Source of the DNA: Octopus sinensis
Taxonomy: Eukaryota
Length of the DNA stretch: 64,000 nt
Direction: 5' to 3'
Assembly (NCBI RefSeq): GCF_006345805.1
Contig: NC_043014.1
Coordinates: 33,914,001 to 33,978,000, forward strand
Part shown: positions 39,207 to 51,245 of the stretch, piece by piece
Layout of the letters: every line of letters starts with the position of its first letter
Numbering within the stretch: the stretch's first letter is position 1
Notes under the pieces: generated by a model
What the model saw: only the letters and a program-made list of their open reading frames with translations
Told to the model about the DNA's origin: nothing
The model's database searches: none
Position numbers and translations under genes: made by a program

Positions 39207-40761
39207 GTGGCGGCGGCAGAGGGAACCTGTGAAAAAGTTAGGCCCAGGAAGACATAAGATGTGGTGAAGCATGATCTTCAAGTGTTTGCCTCAAGGAGGC
39301 AACAACTAGTGACCGAGACCTAGCGATATGCTGTGCTTGAGAAGACCCGTCAAGCCAAGTGAAATGATAGTTGTGGCCGATGCCAGTGTCATGTAGCTGG
39401 TACCCATGCCAATGGCACATAAAAAGCACCCTTTGAGCACTGGGCCTTATGGAGGCAATGTGGCTGATGCTGGAGTTGGGTAACTAGCACTTGCGCCAGT
39501 GTCACCTAACTAGCACCTTTCAAGTGATGGGCCTCACAGAGGCAATGACAAATGACCAAGACCTTTGGCAATATGCCATGCTTGAGTAGAAGCCCCATCA
39601 AGCCAAGTGAAATCATAACCGTGGCAGATACTGGTGTCATGCCAGTGGCACATAAAAGCACCCATTACACTCTCAGAGTGGTTGGTGTTAGGAAGTGCAT
39701 CCAGCTATAGAAACCATGCCAAATCAGACAGGAGTCTGTGCAGCCCATCAGCTTGTCAGCACTGGTCAAACCGTCCAAGAGATGTTAAATGATGATGATG
39801 ATTGATACACACACACACACAAATCATCATCATCAGCAGCAGCAGCAGCATTTGATATCCTCTTTCTATGCTAGCATAAACTGGAGGGTTCCACTGGAAC
39901 TGGCAAGCCAGAAGACTACACCACTCCCTGCTGTCTGCTTTAGATATGGTCTCTATCGTTGGATGCCCTTCTTAATGCCAGCCACTTTACTGAGTGTACT
40001 GGGTGCTTTTTTACGTGGCACCAGCAACGGTGAGTGAGGTCACCAAGTAATTTACAAAACAAGATCCCTCGATGGAAGGGGAGAGAAGTAGTATTGACAG
40101 ACAGAAAAAAAGTGTCTTGCATTAGAGGGGTAACATAGCTGCCTCAGGTGGAGAGAGAGAGAAGATGGGATGGGAAGGTGGGTGGGAGGGAGGGAGGGAG
40201 TGGACTGGGGATTGGGGAGGGTGAGCTTATAAGATTGCAAAAGGGGAGTGGTAGATGGAGGGAGCAGGGAACATCTACCAAATCATCTAACAAGGCTCTG
40301 GTCAGCCCAACACTAAAGCAGAAGACAATTGTCCAAATTACTGCACAATGGAATTGAACCTGAGACCACACAGTTGGAAAGCAAGCATCTCAACCAAAGA
40401 TCCACAGCTGCACTTCTGGCCATGCTTGATTTTTTTTTTTTCCAGCAGGTTAAGCAATAACCCAATTTACAGCATGTGCTTACCAAATGTTGTCTGAAGG
40501 AATGTTTGGTATTAGGAATAGCTGCATTATTTACATAACTATATAGATTTTAGACAAATCTAGAATGTGGAAAAGAACAGTGGAAAATTGTATAAAAGCA
40601 AAACAAATTTATTATGAATATTTTGAATTTCTTTTCTATTTGGAACGAGGTTCTCCTTTAGCTATTATTTAACCTATTTTGCTTTGGTATACTTTAGTAA
40701 AATATCTTCATTTTGATGACAGTAAGTATACTTCAACAAATTATGAAGCCATTTGCTAAAA

Positions 40762-40833
40762 CCCGAATTAGCTTAGTTGAGAGAGTACAAGACTGAGATC
40801 TAAAGGTTCCTGGTTCAATCTTGGATTTCAGCA
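40762..40833 (+). pseudogene. tRNA-Phe pseudogene
   Basis: Colinear with eukaryotic tRNA-Phe(GAA): ccgaa.tagct.agttg.gagag...agactga-gatctaaaggt.cctggttc.atc...tttc.gca. One base is missing from the anticodon loop and the stems carry mismatches. Confidence 0.8.
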
Positions 40834-41097
40834 TACTGAAGAAGATCTGTTTTGTTCTTGAAATTATCTTTTACTTGTTTCTGCCATTGGACTGTGGCCA
40901 TGCTGGAGTACTGCCTTCGAGTGTTTTAAGTGAACAGATTGATCCCAGTACTTATTTTTTAAGTCTGATACTTATGCTATTGTTCTCTTCTGCCAAACTG
41001 TTAAACTACAAGAATGTAAGCAAAACAACACTGGCTCCCAAGCAGTGGAGAGTAGGACAAACACAGTCACAAACACACATGCATATATATATATATA

Positions 41098-41713
41098 CGG
41101 TAACACGTAAAAGCACCGTCCGTTCGAGGCCGTTTGTCAGCTCTGTCTGGCAACCGTGTCGGTGGCACGTAAAAGCACCATCCGTTCGCGTCCGTTGCCA
41201 GCCTCAGCTGGCCCCCGTGCCGGTGACACGTAAAAGCACCGTCCATTCGTGGCCGTTTGCCAGCTCTGTCTGGCCCCGTGTCGGTGGCACGTAAAAGCAC
41301 CATCCGTTCGTGTTCGTTGTCAGCCTCGGCTGGCCCCCGTGCCGGTGACACGTAAAAGCACCGTCCGTTCGTGGCCGTTTGCCAGCTCTGTCTGGCCCCG
41401 TGTCGGTGGCACATAAAAGCACCATCCGTTTGTGTCCGTTGCCAGCATCGCCTGGCCCCGTGCCGGTGACACATAAAAGCACCATCCGTTCGTGGCCATT
41501 CGCCAGCTCTGTCTGGCACCTGTGCAGGTGGCACGTAAAAAACACCCACTACACTCGCGGAGTGGTTGGCGTTAGGAAGGGCATCCAGCCGTAGAAATAC
41601 TGCCAGATCTGACTGAGCCTGACGAAGCCTTCCAGCTTCACAGACCCCAGTTGACCCGTCCAACCCATGCTAGCATGGAAAGCGGACGCTAAATGATGAT
41701 GATGATGATGATG
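41098..41713 (+). mobile_element. RTE 3'-UTR copy with an expanded 61-bp tandem array
   Basis: aaaagcacc units at 41109, 41171, 41232, 41293, 41354, 41415, 41475, then the common ...ccatgctagcatggaaagcggacgctaaa(tga)n end. Confidence 0.85.
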
Positions 41714-41734
41714 ATATATATATATATGTATGTA

Positions 41735-41765
<31 letters not shown>

Positions 41766-42045
41766 ACATATACACATGACTGGCTTCCACATAGTTTCCA
41801 ATCTACGAAATTCACTCTCAAGGCATTGGCTGGCAATCCAGAGCCACAGTAGACATTTGCCCAAGGTGCCAAACAGTGGGACTGAAGCCAAAACCATGTA
41901 GCTGCAAAGCAAGCGTCTTAACCACACAGCCAAGCCTACACAAAAATTTCTATAGTTTCACTTACTTACTTAGGAAAGCTGATAGAAGGGGAAGATTTTC
42001 AGTTACATGTATACATATCACTGCATACTCATCAATATAAAAAGA

Positions 42046-42455
42046 CTAGCTATTTTGACCCATGCTTCGCTCGAGTTTTGGTGGTGGTGTTGTTTTGTGC
42101 GTGTTGTCTCCTTTTCCCTTTCTTTTGTTTGTCTTCTTTGCTTGGTTCTTTTTATTGCCCTCTTCTTTTTCTTATTCTTATTTTTTCTTCGTCTTTATCT
42201 TCTTTTTCTTCTTTCTCTTCTCCCACTCTTTCTTTTCTCCTTTTCCCATATTCCTCACCATGGCAACCAAACGGTAGCCCTGAGCGACTTGCAACCCTCC
42301 TTACACCATTGCCCACCCCATTTTACACCCTCCCTCCCGTGTAAATTTTGGCGCCAATTCGACCCTATCTACTGCTCCTTAAACCGTTCCTATCCGAAAA
42401 TGAGACAAATAACCAAGAAATCAAACAACTTTTTCGCATTTCAGCTTTATAGATG
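42046..42455 (+). mobile_element. Helentron-associated (DINE-1/HINE-like) non-autonomous element
   Basis: Starts actagctattttgacccatgcttcgctcg and ends gcatttcagctttatagat, typical DINE-1-like ends; pyrimidine-rich middle. Confidence 0.6.
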
Positions 42456-42573
42456 ATGCAATTCTCCAATTTGAATATTTAAATCTTTCAAAGATTTGCT
42501 TAAGAAACAAACAGTTTAAAATCAAGGAATGCTTTCAGAAAGTAAAATGGATAGAAAACATAACAATATAAAC

Positions 42574-42638
42574 CTTTTCGTAGACTGATTTAGCAGAGTC
42601 TTTTGAGTCAACCTGTCCCGCTTCTGCTGTTTCTGGTA
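42574..42638 (-). CDS. PROSER3: PROSER3-like exon (YQKQQKRDRLTQKTLLNQSTK-R)
   Basis: Acceptor tttttatttgcag|, donor AAG|gtttat, 65 nt. Phase 0 to 2 fits both neighbours; another open frame (VPETAEAG...) also exists. Confidence 0.6.
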
Positions 42639-42947
42639 CTGCAAATAAAAATTGTATCTGTATAAAAATATATACATGTGTAGGTCTATCTGCATGTGTG
42701 TGTGTGTGTGTGTGTATACATACAAAGACACGTATCTGTACAATATTCTTGTGATACTGTGTATATGTGTGTGTGTGTGTGCATGTACATACACACACAT
42801 ACACATTTTTATGCATACTATATGTTTGTGATTGTGTGTGCATGTACACATACAAACACATGCATGTGTACTATATTTTTGTGATATTGTGTGTGTGTGT
42901 GTGTGTGTGCATGCGTGCGTGCGTGCGTGCATGCGTGCATGCATATA

Positions 42948-43677
42948 CAGTAATACCTCACTTTACAAGGACCCGCTTTATGAGACCTCAGATTTACAAG
43001 TTTTATTTTTCAAACACAAGATCCAAATTTTGAACGGAGTGCAAAAGTTTCTACAACCATAAGAAATGCTTGTGTGTGTTACTGAGAAATTTATAGAGAG
43101 TGAAAAAAAGCTTCTTCAAAGCAAGCAATTCTAGACTTATTTCATTTTGGGATTTGGTTTGCAAGATTCTTTATATGAGTCTGTGTGTTGAAGCATATTC
43201 TGTTGTGTCTGGGGAGGGTCATTTTCTTTTTTTGTGAACTTATAATTTAACGCACTCACCGGTAAAATTACCACTTATTTCTTATTTTTATTTTCCTAAA
43301 ATTTTTGTTGTGTCTTGCAACCTTTTCAATAATTCTAAACTTGTTTTTTAAAAGAAGTCTACAAGTCTGTCTACGAGTGCTTGTGAATCAGCGATCGCAA
43401 CTACAGGTGATGGTGTGTGGCAAGTCTAGTGCGAGTGAAAGTGATTCAGAAAACGATTATAATAATAATATTTTTCATTATAAATCATCTTGACATTCTT
43501 TTTACTTTACATAAAATATTCTTTACATTCTACTGTTGTTTTATTGGCATTTATTTATGAGTATTATGAATTTTATAGGTAAAATATTTTTCTGGGAACA
43601 AATTATAATTTCTGACTATGGGAAATTGTTGCTCTGATTTACAAGGTTTACGAGACTTGCATATAGAGGCATTACTG
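42948..43677. mobile_element. Tigger/pogo-like non-autonomous TIR element
   Basis: TIRs cagtaatacctc / gaggcattactg, TA on the left, tg on the right; no coding capacity. Confidence 0.65.
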
Positions 43678-43854
43678 TGTATATACAAACATACAAAATG
43701 CACACATCTGAATGCATGCTATATATTTATGATTGTGTGTGTGTATGTAAACAGAAAGAAGACTGCAGTATTGGTATGCATGCATCAACCACTCATCATA
43801 CGTACGTGTGTGCACATGCATGTGTGAGTGTGTATGTCTGCATGTCTTTCTGTA

Positions 43855-44346
43855 CCGTAAATCTTCGAGTATAGTCCGCCCTTGAGTATAATACACAGGG
43901 GATTTTTAGGAGGTTATACCTCTGAAAAACCTAAACCTTGTGTATAATACGCACCCCTTCTCTAACTTGAGTTGTGCGTAATTAAGCCAGCAGCACCTAG
44001 TTGAACAAACACTTCCGCGCATGCGTAATACAATAATGGTAATGTTCTTAACTGTTATATGGGAATGTAAATATGTTTGCAAATTGTTTTTGTTACATGT
44101 TATTCTGTGTTCTGAATACTTTTATTTTAATAAATGTTGCTTACTGCAAGTTATTGATGATTCTTCATTAGCTTAAGGTATTTTTGCACCTAACATCACA
44201 AAATGCGTCTGAATAAACATTGCAAATAGAGACTCGGACATTGCTTAGAAAATATTTTTCATTTTTAACCTCCTATATAGTACGCTTTTAAATTTTGACC
44301 TTTAAATTTTGGGGAAAAAATGCGAATTATACTCAAAGATTTACGG
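43855..44346. mobile_element. pogo-like MITE
   Basis: TIRs ccgtaaatcttcgagtata / tatactcaaagatttacgg, TA on both sides. Confidence 0.8.
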
Positions 44347-47300
44347 TATGCATGTGTTCAAAATGATATGTTTATACAAAACAAATTCCATAAAAACAAT
44401 GTGTTGACATTTTTTTTTTCCTTTTTTAATAAGTATGCATGCTTGTCAATTTTGTTACAAATACCAACCATATTCTGCAATATTTTTACTCTTTCTTCCT
44501 CCACCACCCTCTCACTTCTCTCACTCTGGTTTGCCTCTGCCTACTCTCCTCTCTATTACCCTCTTGCTCTAGTTCTCTTTCTTCACTCTCTCTTGTCACA
44601 GATGAGACAACCCGCTATTAATGGTGAGCAACAAATGGAGACAACACAGGCAAGAAAGAAGTCTTTAATCTTACAGCAGATTAAACAGCCTTTCTAGTAT
44701 TGGTACCATAATAAACTGCACCCAGTACACTCTGTAAACTGTGTACTGACAAATGAACAAACTAGTGTAGAAAAGGCTTTTAGCCTTGCTCAGAATATGA
44801 TAATCTCCCTGGTTTTGGTGCTGCAATAAACTGCGCCCAGTATACTTAGTATTTCAGTTGGCAATAGAAAGATGTGCCAGAAAGGGAATGTATAAACAAG
44901 ATGCATTCCCTAGGAGACCTATTGAGTCAAGTACATCAACATCTAAATAAATACCAAATGGAAATTGTAGTTGTGATACCTGTGCTGGTGGCACTTAAAA
45001 AGCACCATCCAAACATAGCCGATGCCAGCGCAGCCTTGACTGGCTTCTGTGCTGGTGGCACGTAAAAAGCACCAACTGATCGTGGCCGCTGCCAGCCTTC
45101 CCTGGCACCTATGCCGGTGGCACATAAAGAGCACCCACTACACTCACAGAGTGGCTGACGTTAGAAAGGGTATCCAGCTGTAGAAACACTGCCAGATCAG
45201 ACTGGAGCCTGGTGCAGCCTCCTGGCTTCCCAGACCCCGGTCGAACCGTCCAACCCATGCTAGCACAGAAAACGGATGTTAAACGATGATGATGATGATG
45301 ACCATAATAACCTAGTCAACCCATTGCCAGCATGGAAAAAAACAACATGGAACGAGGATGAGGACAACAATGATACACATCATCATCATCATTATTTTAA
45401 TATCTACTTTTCCATGCTTGCATGAATCAGATAAGAGTACACTGGAGCAGAGTTTTCTATGGCTGGATACCCTTCCTGTTGCCAACCCCACCCAACTGTT
45501 TCCAAGCAAGTACCAATACTAGAAAGGCTGTTTTGTCTGCTGTAAGATTAAAGACTTCTTTCTTGTCTGTGTTGTCTCCATTTGTTGCTCACCATTACTA
45601 GAGGATTGTCTCATCTGTGACAAGAGAGATGAGTTTGAGTGGAGAACTAGAGACACATGGCATCTTTATGAAGAAGCTTTTTGTTTACAAAGATTGTAAA
45701 ATATGTCAAGACATGTCAAGAAGCCCAGATATGCTTTGACAGCTGCCTGCAAGCAGATGACACCATCAGCTAAGCTATTAAGTGCAACCAGCAAGTGAAT
45801 GCATGTGTGAAGTTGAGAAAAGTACAAACTTCTCTCTCAACACACTTCTCACACAAACACACTTCTTTCTCTCTCACACACACACAGTCACAAACACACA
45901 CATGATTTCATGTTCAATCTCTGTGGGATTGTACCTGAAATCGTGTGGTTGGGAAATGAACTTCTTAACCACTCAGCCATGCCTATACATAGTCTCCAAC
46001 ATAATATGCCAGAAAAGAAGACAAATCGTTCATGCACAAAAGTGGTTGCACCAAACAGTGACATGACTCAGCTTTTTTCATTCTATCAAACAGAGAATTA
46101 GCAGAATTGAAGACAACACTACACTTACAATCAAAAGGCGTAGGAGTGGCTATGTGGTAAGTAGCTTGCTTACCAACCACATAGTTCCAGGTTCAGTCCC
46201 ACTGCATGGCTCCTTGGGCAAGTGTTTTCCACTATAGCCTCGGGCCAACCAAAGTCTTGTGAGTGGATTTGGTAGACGGAAACTGAAAGAAGCCCACCGT
46301 ATATATGTATATATGTGTGTGTGTGTGTGTGTGTGTTTTTGTCTGTGTTTGTCCCCACAAAATCGCTTGACAACCGATGGTGATGTGTTTACGTCCCCGT
46401 AACTTTGCAGTTCAGCGAAAGAGGCCGATAGAATAAGTACTAGGCTTACAAAGAATAAGTCCTGGGGTCGATTTGCTCGACTAAAGGCGGTGCTCCAGCA
46501 TGGCCACAGTCACACGACTGAAACAAGTAAAAGAGTACTTTCATCTTCAATTCTGCCCACCTCTGACACCAGCAGGAATAAGGTAATCATCATCATCATG
46601 GTTTTAATGTACACTCTTCCATACTTGCATGGTCCAGACAGAGTTTACTGAGGCAGAGGTTGTATATAGCTGGATGTCCTTCCAGTCACCAACACTCACC
46701 TGTTTCCAAGCAAGGTAATATTTTCCCTATGCCCAGACATGGATGCCCTTCCAAGAGTATAGTGGGTGCTTTTACATGCCACTGGCATGAGGGCCAGTCA
46801 GACGGTACTGGCAATAGCCACGCTCAAAAGATGTTTTTTTATGTGCCACCTGCACAGGAGCCACTCCAGCAGCACTGGCAATGACTTCACTTAAATGTTG
46901 TCTTTCACGTGCCACCAGCACAAGTGCCAGTAAGGTGACACTGGTAACAATCACGCTCAAATGGTGCTTTTTACGTGCCATCGGCATGGGAGCCAGTCAG
47001 CGGCCCTGGCAGTGATCATGTTTGGATGGTGTTCTTAGCGTTCCACTAGCACGCCAGTCTGATTTATAGACAATACATATCCATATATACAAGTCTCTTC
47101 AAGGTTTTGGTTCAAAAGACAGATGAAATTTCATATAAAAGGAATACATATATATCAACATCATCATCATCATTTAGCGTCCGCTTTCCATGCTAGCATG
47201 GGTTGGACGGTTCAACTGGGGTCTGGGAAGCCAGAAGGCTGCACCAGGCCCAGTCTGATATAGCAATGTTTCTACGGCTGGATGCCCTTCCTAACGCCAA

Positions 47301-47593
47301 CCACTCCATGAGTGTAGTGGGTGCTTTTTACGTGCCACCAGCACAGGTGCCAGACAGGGCTGATGAACGGCCTATATATATATATATATGATGAGCTTCT
47401 TTCGGTTTCTATTTACCAAGTTTACATGCAAGGGTTTGGTCAGCCCAGGGCTATAATAGAAGACACTTGCCCAAAATGTCATACAGCGAGACTGAACTTG
47501 AAACCATGTGGTCAGGAAGCAAACTTCTTAGCCACACAGCGACACCTGCACTTATAGATGCAAAAATAAGAAAAAAGAAACTAAATTTAATAC

Positions 47594-47783
47594 CTGAGGA
47601 ACAGAAGATTCTTGAGCCAAACCAACAATCTGACCTATGTTGTCATCTGAAGAACTGTCAGCCTGCCTTGGAGATGCAACCTCACTGTCAGAATCTAGCC
47701 ACCAAAATTCCTTCCCTCTGGATGTGTGACTGACGCGTTGTGTTCTGCTCTGTGGTTCACCATAGCGGAACCGAGAAATATAT
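47594..47783 (-). CDS. PROSER3: PROSER3-like exon (YISRFRYGEPQSRTQR...EFWWLDSDS...SSVPQ)
   Basis: Acceptor ttttcccccccag|A, donor CAG|gtatta, 190 nt, phase 2 to 0. RFRYGEPQSR plus FWWL is the recalled PROSER3 N-terminal signature. Confidence 0.85.
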
Positions 47784-47919
47784 CTGGGGGGGAAAATAAA
47801 AAGGCACAAACTCACATACAGGTATATAAACTGCTAAGAAAAAACAAAACTGCTGAAACAAATTTTGGTTCCTTATACTACTATTTGATGATGATAATGA
47901 TGATGATGATGAGGCGTGG

Positions 47920-48100
47920 GAGGGGGAGGATGCGGACGAGGAGGAGGAAGTGAGGAGTAGAAGGGGGTAGGAAGTGAGGAGGAGTAGAAGGGGGAGGAAG
48001 TGAGGAGGAGTAGAAGAGGGAGGAAGTGAGGGGGAGGAAGTAAGGAGGAGGAAGTGAGGAGGAGGGGAGGAGGAGGAGGAGGACAGGGGTGAAAGTGGAA
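47920..48100. repeat. Polypurine (GAG/GAA-rich) repeat tract
   Basis: Repeated gaggaagtgaggaggagtagaaggg units in the intron between the first two coding exons. Confidence 0.85.
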
Positions 48101-48316
48101 AGTGGTAAATGAGATAGCATAAGACCCAATAGCTTTTCACTATAAGATGACACAGTAAGACCATGAAGTAAAATAGAGTTAGACCTGAGAGTAAGATACA
48201 TTAAGACTAAAGAGAATTACATCATTAGACCAAATGGTAAGAGAGTGTTAAACCAGAAAATAAGATAATAAGACTGTTAGAACAGAGACTAAGACAAATT
48301 AAGACCAAGAAGTTAC

Positions 48317-48393
48317 CTTGACAAAACAGAACCACGCAAAACGGTATCTTCATCATCAAGAGCAGATTCTTCATCTTTTTCTTCATCAAACAT
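48317..48393 (-). CDS. PROSER3: PROSER3-like gene, putative first coding exon (MFDEEKDEESALDDEDTVLRGSVLS-R)
   Basis: Minus strand ...ctaat...ttaag/cag|G ATG TTT (tandem NAGNAG acceptor at 48397/48394); donor TCAAG|gtaact at 48317, phase 2. Splicing to the next exon gives SVLSRYISRFRYGEPQSR, matching the recalled PROSER3 N-terminal motif (SVxAKYIxRFR). ATG as the true start is inference. Confidence 0.75.
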
Positions 48394-49471
48394 CCTGCTT
48401 AAATGTCCGGTTTGATTAGATCATCTGGAGCATGTTCTCAAATGTCTGTAAAGAAAATTACCAACAGGATCACACATACAAAGTAGAGTCAAACCAAAGT
48501 AGAGATAACCACAAGCGCGTACAAAGCAATCGGTATGTAGGAGGAGCTGGTTCAAAACCAGTTTGATACAAAAGTTTCTAACACCAGATGAAAATGTCCT
48601 TGAATAAAACAGATAAATCAATTTCAACAAAGCATCAATAAGTGATATTGTTAAAACACTATCATTCTGACAAAAGGGAAACAGGACATAGCTAACTAAC
48701 TGGCACTCTGTCAATTATGACAATGAGTGTTCCAGCTGATCCAATCAATGGAACGGGCTTTACGTTCTTAGTTCAAATTCCGCCGAGGTCGACTTTGCCT
48801 TTCATCCTTTCAGGGTCGATAAATTAAGTACCAGTTACACACTGGGGTCGATGTGATCGACTTAATCCCTTTGTCTGTCTTTCTTTGTCCCCTCTATGTT
48901 TAGCCCCTTGTGGGTAATAAAGAAATAAGAAACTGTGGGACCACATGGAGCAGCACCCTGTGACTCCTATAGTAGGCACAACCAAAAGCCCTAGGGGACG
49001 ACCTAGATAGATAGATACAATATTTAGTTTTTGGTAAATGAAGGAGTTTGATGGTAAGTTCAATTCCATGGCATGGCATCTTAGGCAGGTGTGTTCTGTT
49101 CTAGATATGGGCTGGCCATAGCCTTGAGAGTAGATTTGGTAAACAGAAACTGAAAAATGCCCATTGTCTGTGTGTGTGTGTGCATGCGCACATGTGTGTT
49201 TGTGTATCACTGTCTTTTTGCCTTGATATCATTTGATAATTGTAAATGAATGTCTCCATCATGCAAGCAGTGTTCTTCATTCCCAACTCTTCTGTTTCTC
49301 ACCATGGGGAAATATTACCTTATTTGGAAACAGGTGAGGGCTGGTGGCTAGATTGGTATCTGGCAGCACAAAACCCATCTCAACAAAATTCTGTCTGACC
49401 CATAGAAAAATGAATGCTAAAATGATGATGATGATGATAATGATATATACATCCATCCATACATACATTAT

Positions 49472-49513
<42 letters not shown>

Positions 49514-49561
49514 TATACAGATATGTAAACATGTATATATAAACAAATATATATATGTGTT

Positions 49562-49596
<35 letters not shown>

Positions 49597-49612
49597 ACAG
49601 ATATGTATACAC

Positions 49613-49668
<56 letters not shown>

Positions 49669-50870
49669 CATACATAGAGAGAGAGAGCTATATATAGGTA
49701 AATATAAACATATATACATATATACATACACATATATGTATATAGATATACACACATACATATATATGTACATATATTTTTATCTTTTATGCTGGAGTAC
49801 TAGCTTGAAGGCTTTTAATCAAATGAATTGAACCCAGTACTTATTTATAAGCTTGGTACTTATAACCAACACCTGTTATCAAACGGTGGTGTCGTCGACC
49901 CAGGGCTAAAGTAGAAGACACTTGTTTAAGGCGCCACTCAATGGAAATGAACCTGGAACCATGTGATTATAAACACATTCAACCCAAGCAAATTGTGTAA
50001 AATAGACAAAATGTTTTTAAAATCTTGACTGTAACAATCGGAAGGAAAACGTAAAAACGCGAAAAGCAACTGATATCAGAAAGTGAACGAAACAGTGCAA
50101 GGGAGATAACTCTAAATAACTGATCGAGATCTTTTGGAAATGATACTATTACGAGATCACACATTTACAGGACATCGTACGATGAACCAACGATAGAACC
50201 TTTGCATGGACGATCGAGTTGCTAGAAATAGCAGCTAAAACACCTTTTAATCACACCCCACCATCTAAAATATGGAAGAGAACGCACTGGCTGACATAGT
50301 TTTATATATACACACGCAAGCATGTATCTGTCTTATACACTGTTCGCTGTCCAGACATTTGTACATTACTGCACATACTTTATATGCACTTTTTGACAAG
50401 TTGTGGTGCACCTGAGCACTGTATACAATAATTTCATTATTATTTTTTTTTTTTTTTAAAGTACAATTGCTCTTGGCTGAAATGTCTTTACAAAAAGGTT
50501 TGCTTAATCAAGTTTGATCCAACAACTATGTGACATTAAATATTTCTTTCAAATATTACAATATTTAATTCCGTAATATTGTCGACATGTATATTGCATT
50601 GATTACGATACCAATGAAGAGCAGATTCTTCACATTCTCCCCCAATCTTCATTCAAAATGTTAAGACAAAAGGAAGGAGAAACAAAATATAGATTCTCCT
50701 TCTCAAGTCTTTGCCAGCTTCTTAAAGTTTTCCATGCAACTGCCTTGAAATTAAACTCTCATTTTCAGTAAATCTGAACACCCCCCCCCCACAGACACAC
50801 ACACACACATACACCCAATGAGTCAGGCATATTACACTGTGTAATACAATTTTTGTTCATGAGTGGCAAC

Positions 50871-51245
50871 TGTTATTTCCTTTTTGTTTACCCCCAGAAA
50901 GGATGAAAAATGGCTAATATTTCCTTCAAACTTTGCTTACCTCCAACTTTTCTCCACTTGGACAGCAAGAAGTAAAATGAATAGTTGAGCATATGGTCCC
51001 TGTATTTATACAGCCAGCTATGTTGCCAGAATGTTCTAGAAATTCTTGAAACTTTTCGAAAGTTCTTGAAACTTCTAGAAAGTCCTAGAAAATTCTGCTT
51101 CAGCAACTGAGAGCTGAATCTGTCTGAAATGTAATGGAAACTAATTCAGTTTGAAAACATTGATGTACAGGTCACAAAAGCATAGTTTGAAGGGAATAGC
51201 AGTCATTTCCTTTGATTTCTACATAGAAGCAAAGAGGAAATAACA
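50871..51245 (-). mobile_element. Solo-LTR-like element (375 bp, TGTT...AACA)
   Basis: Ends are an 11-bp inverted repeat (tgttatttcct / aggaaataaca) and there is an internal TATA, as expected of an LTR. No target-site duplication (flanks gcaac / tttac) and no canonical AATAAA. Confidence 0.5.
50941..51096 (-). promoter_or_regulatory. Heat-shock-type core promoter: HSE array, TATAAATA, Inr and a 38-nt candidate non-coding first exon
   Basis: Alternating nGAAn/nTTCn pentamers at 51028-51096; TATAAATA on minus at 51010-51003; TCATTT Inr with A at 50978 (32 nt from the first T of the TATA); donor GGAG|gtaagc at 50941. Confidence 0.6.

Noticed and set aside
40140-40260. G-quadruplex-prone G-run tract
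   Set aside because: Ordinary purine-rich simple repeat inside decayed repeat sequence; nothing links it to function.
41098-41545. 61-bp array as a CRISPR-like locus
   Set aside because: No unique spacers, eukaryotic context, no cas genes, and the units are part of the LINE 3' UTR.
1154-49773. Many ORFs rich in YI/HT/CV/II dipeptides (e.g. 1154, 5372, 20519-21160, 23253, 25118-26960, 49277-49773)
   Set aside because: They are translations of (TA)n, (CA)n, (ATGT)n and (ATT)n microsatellites.
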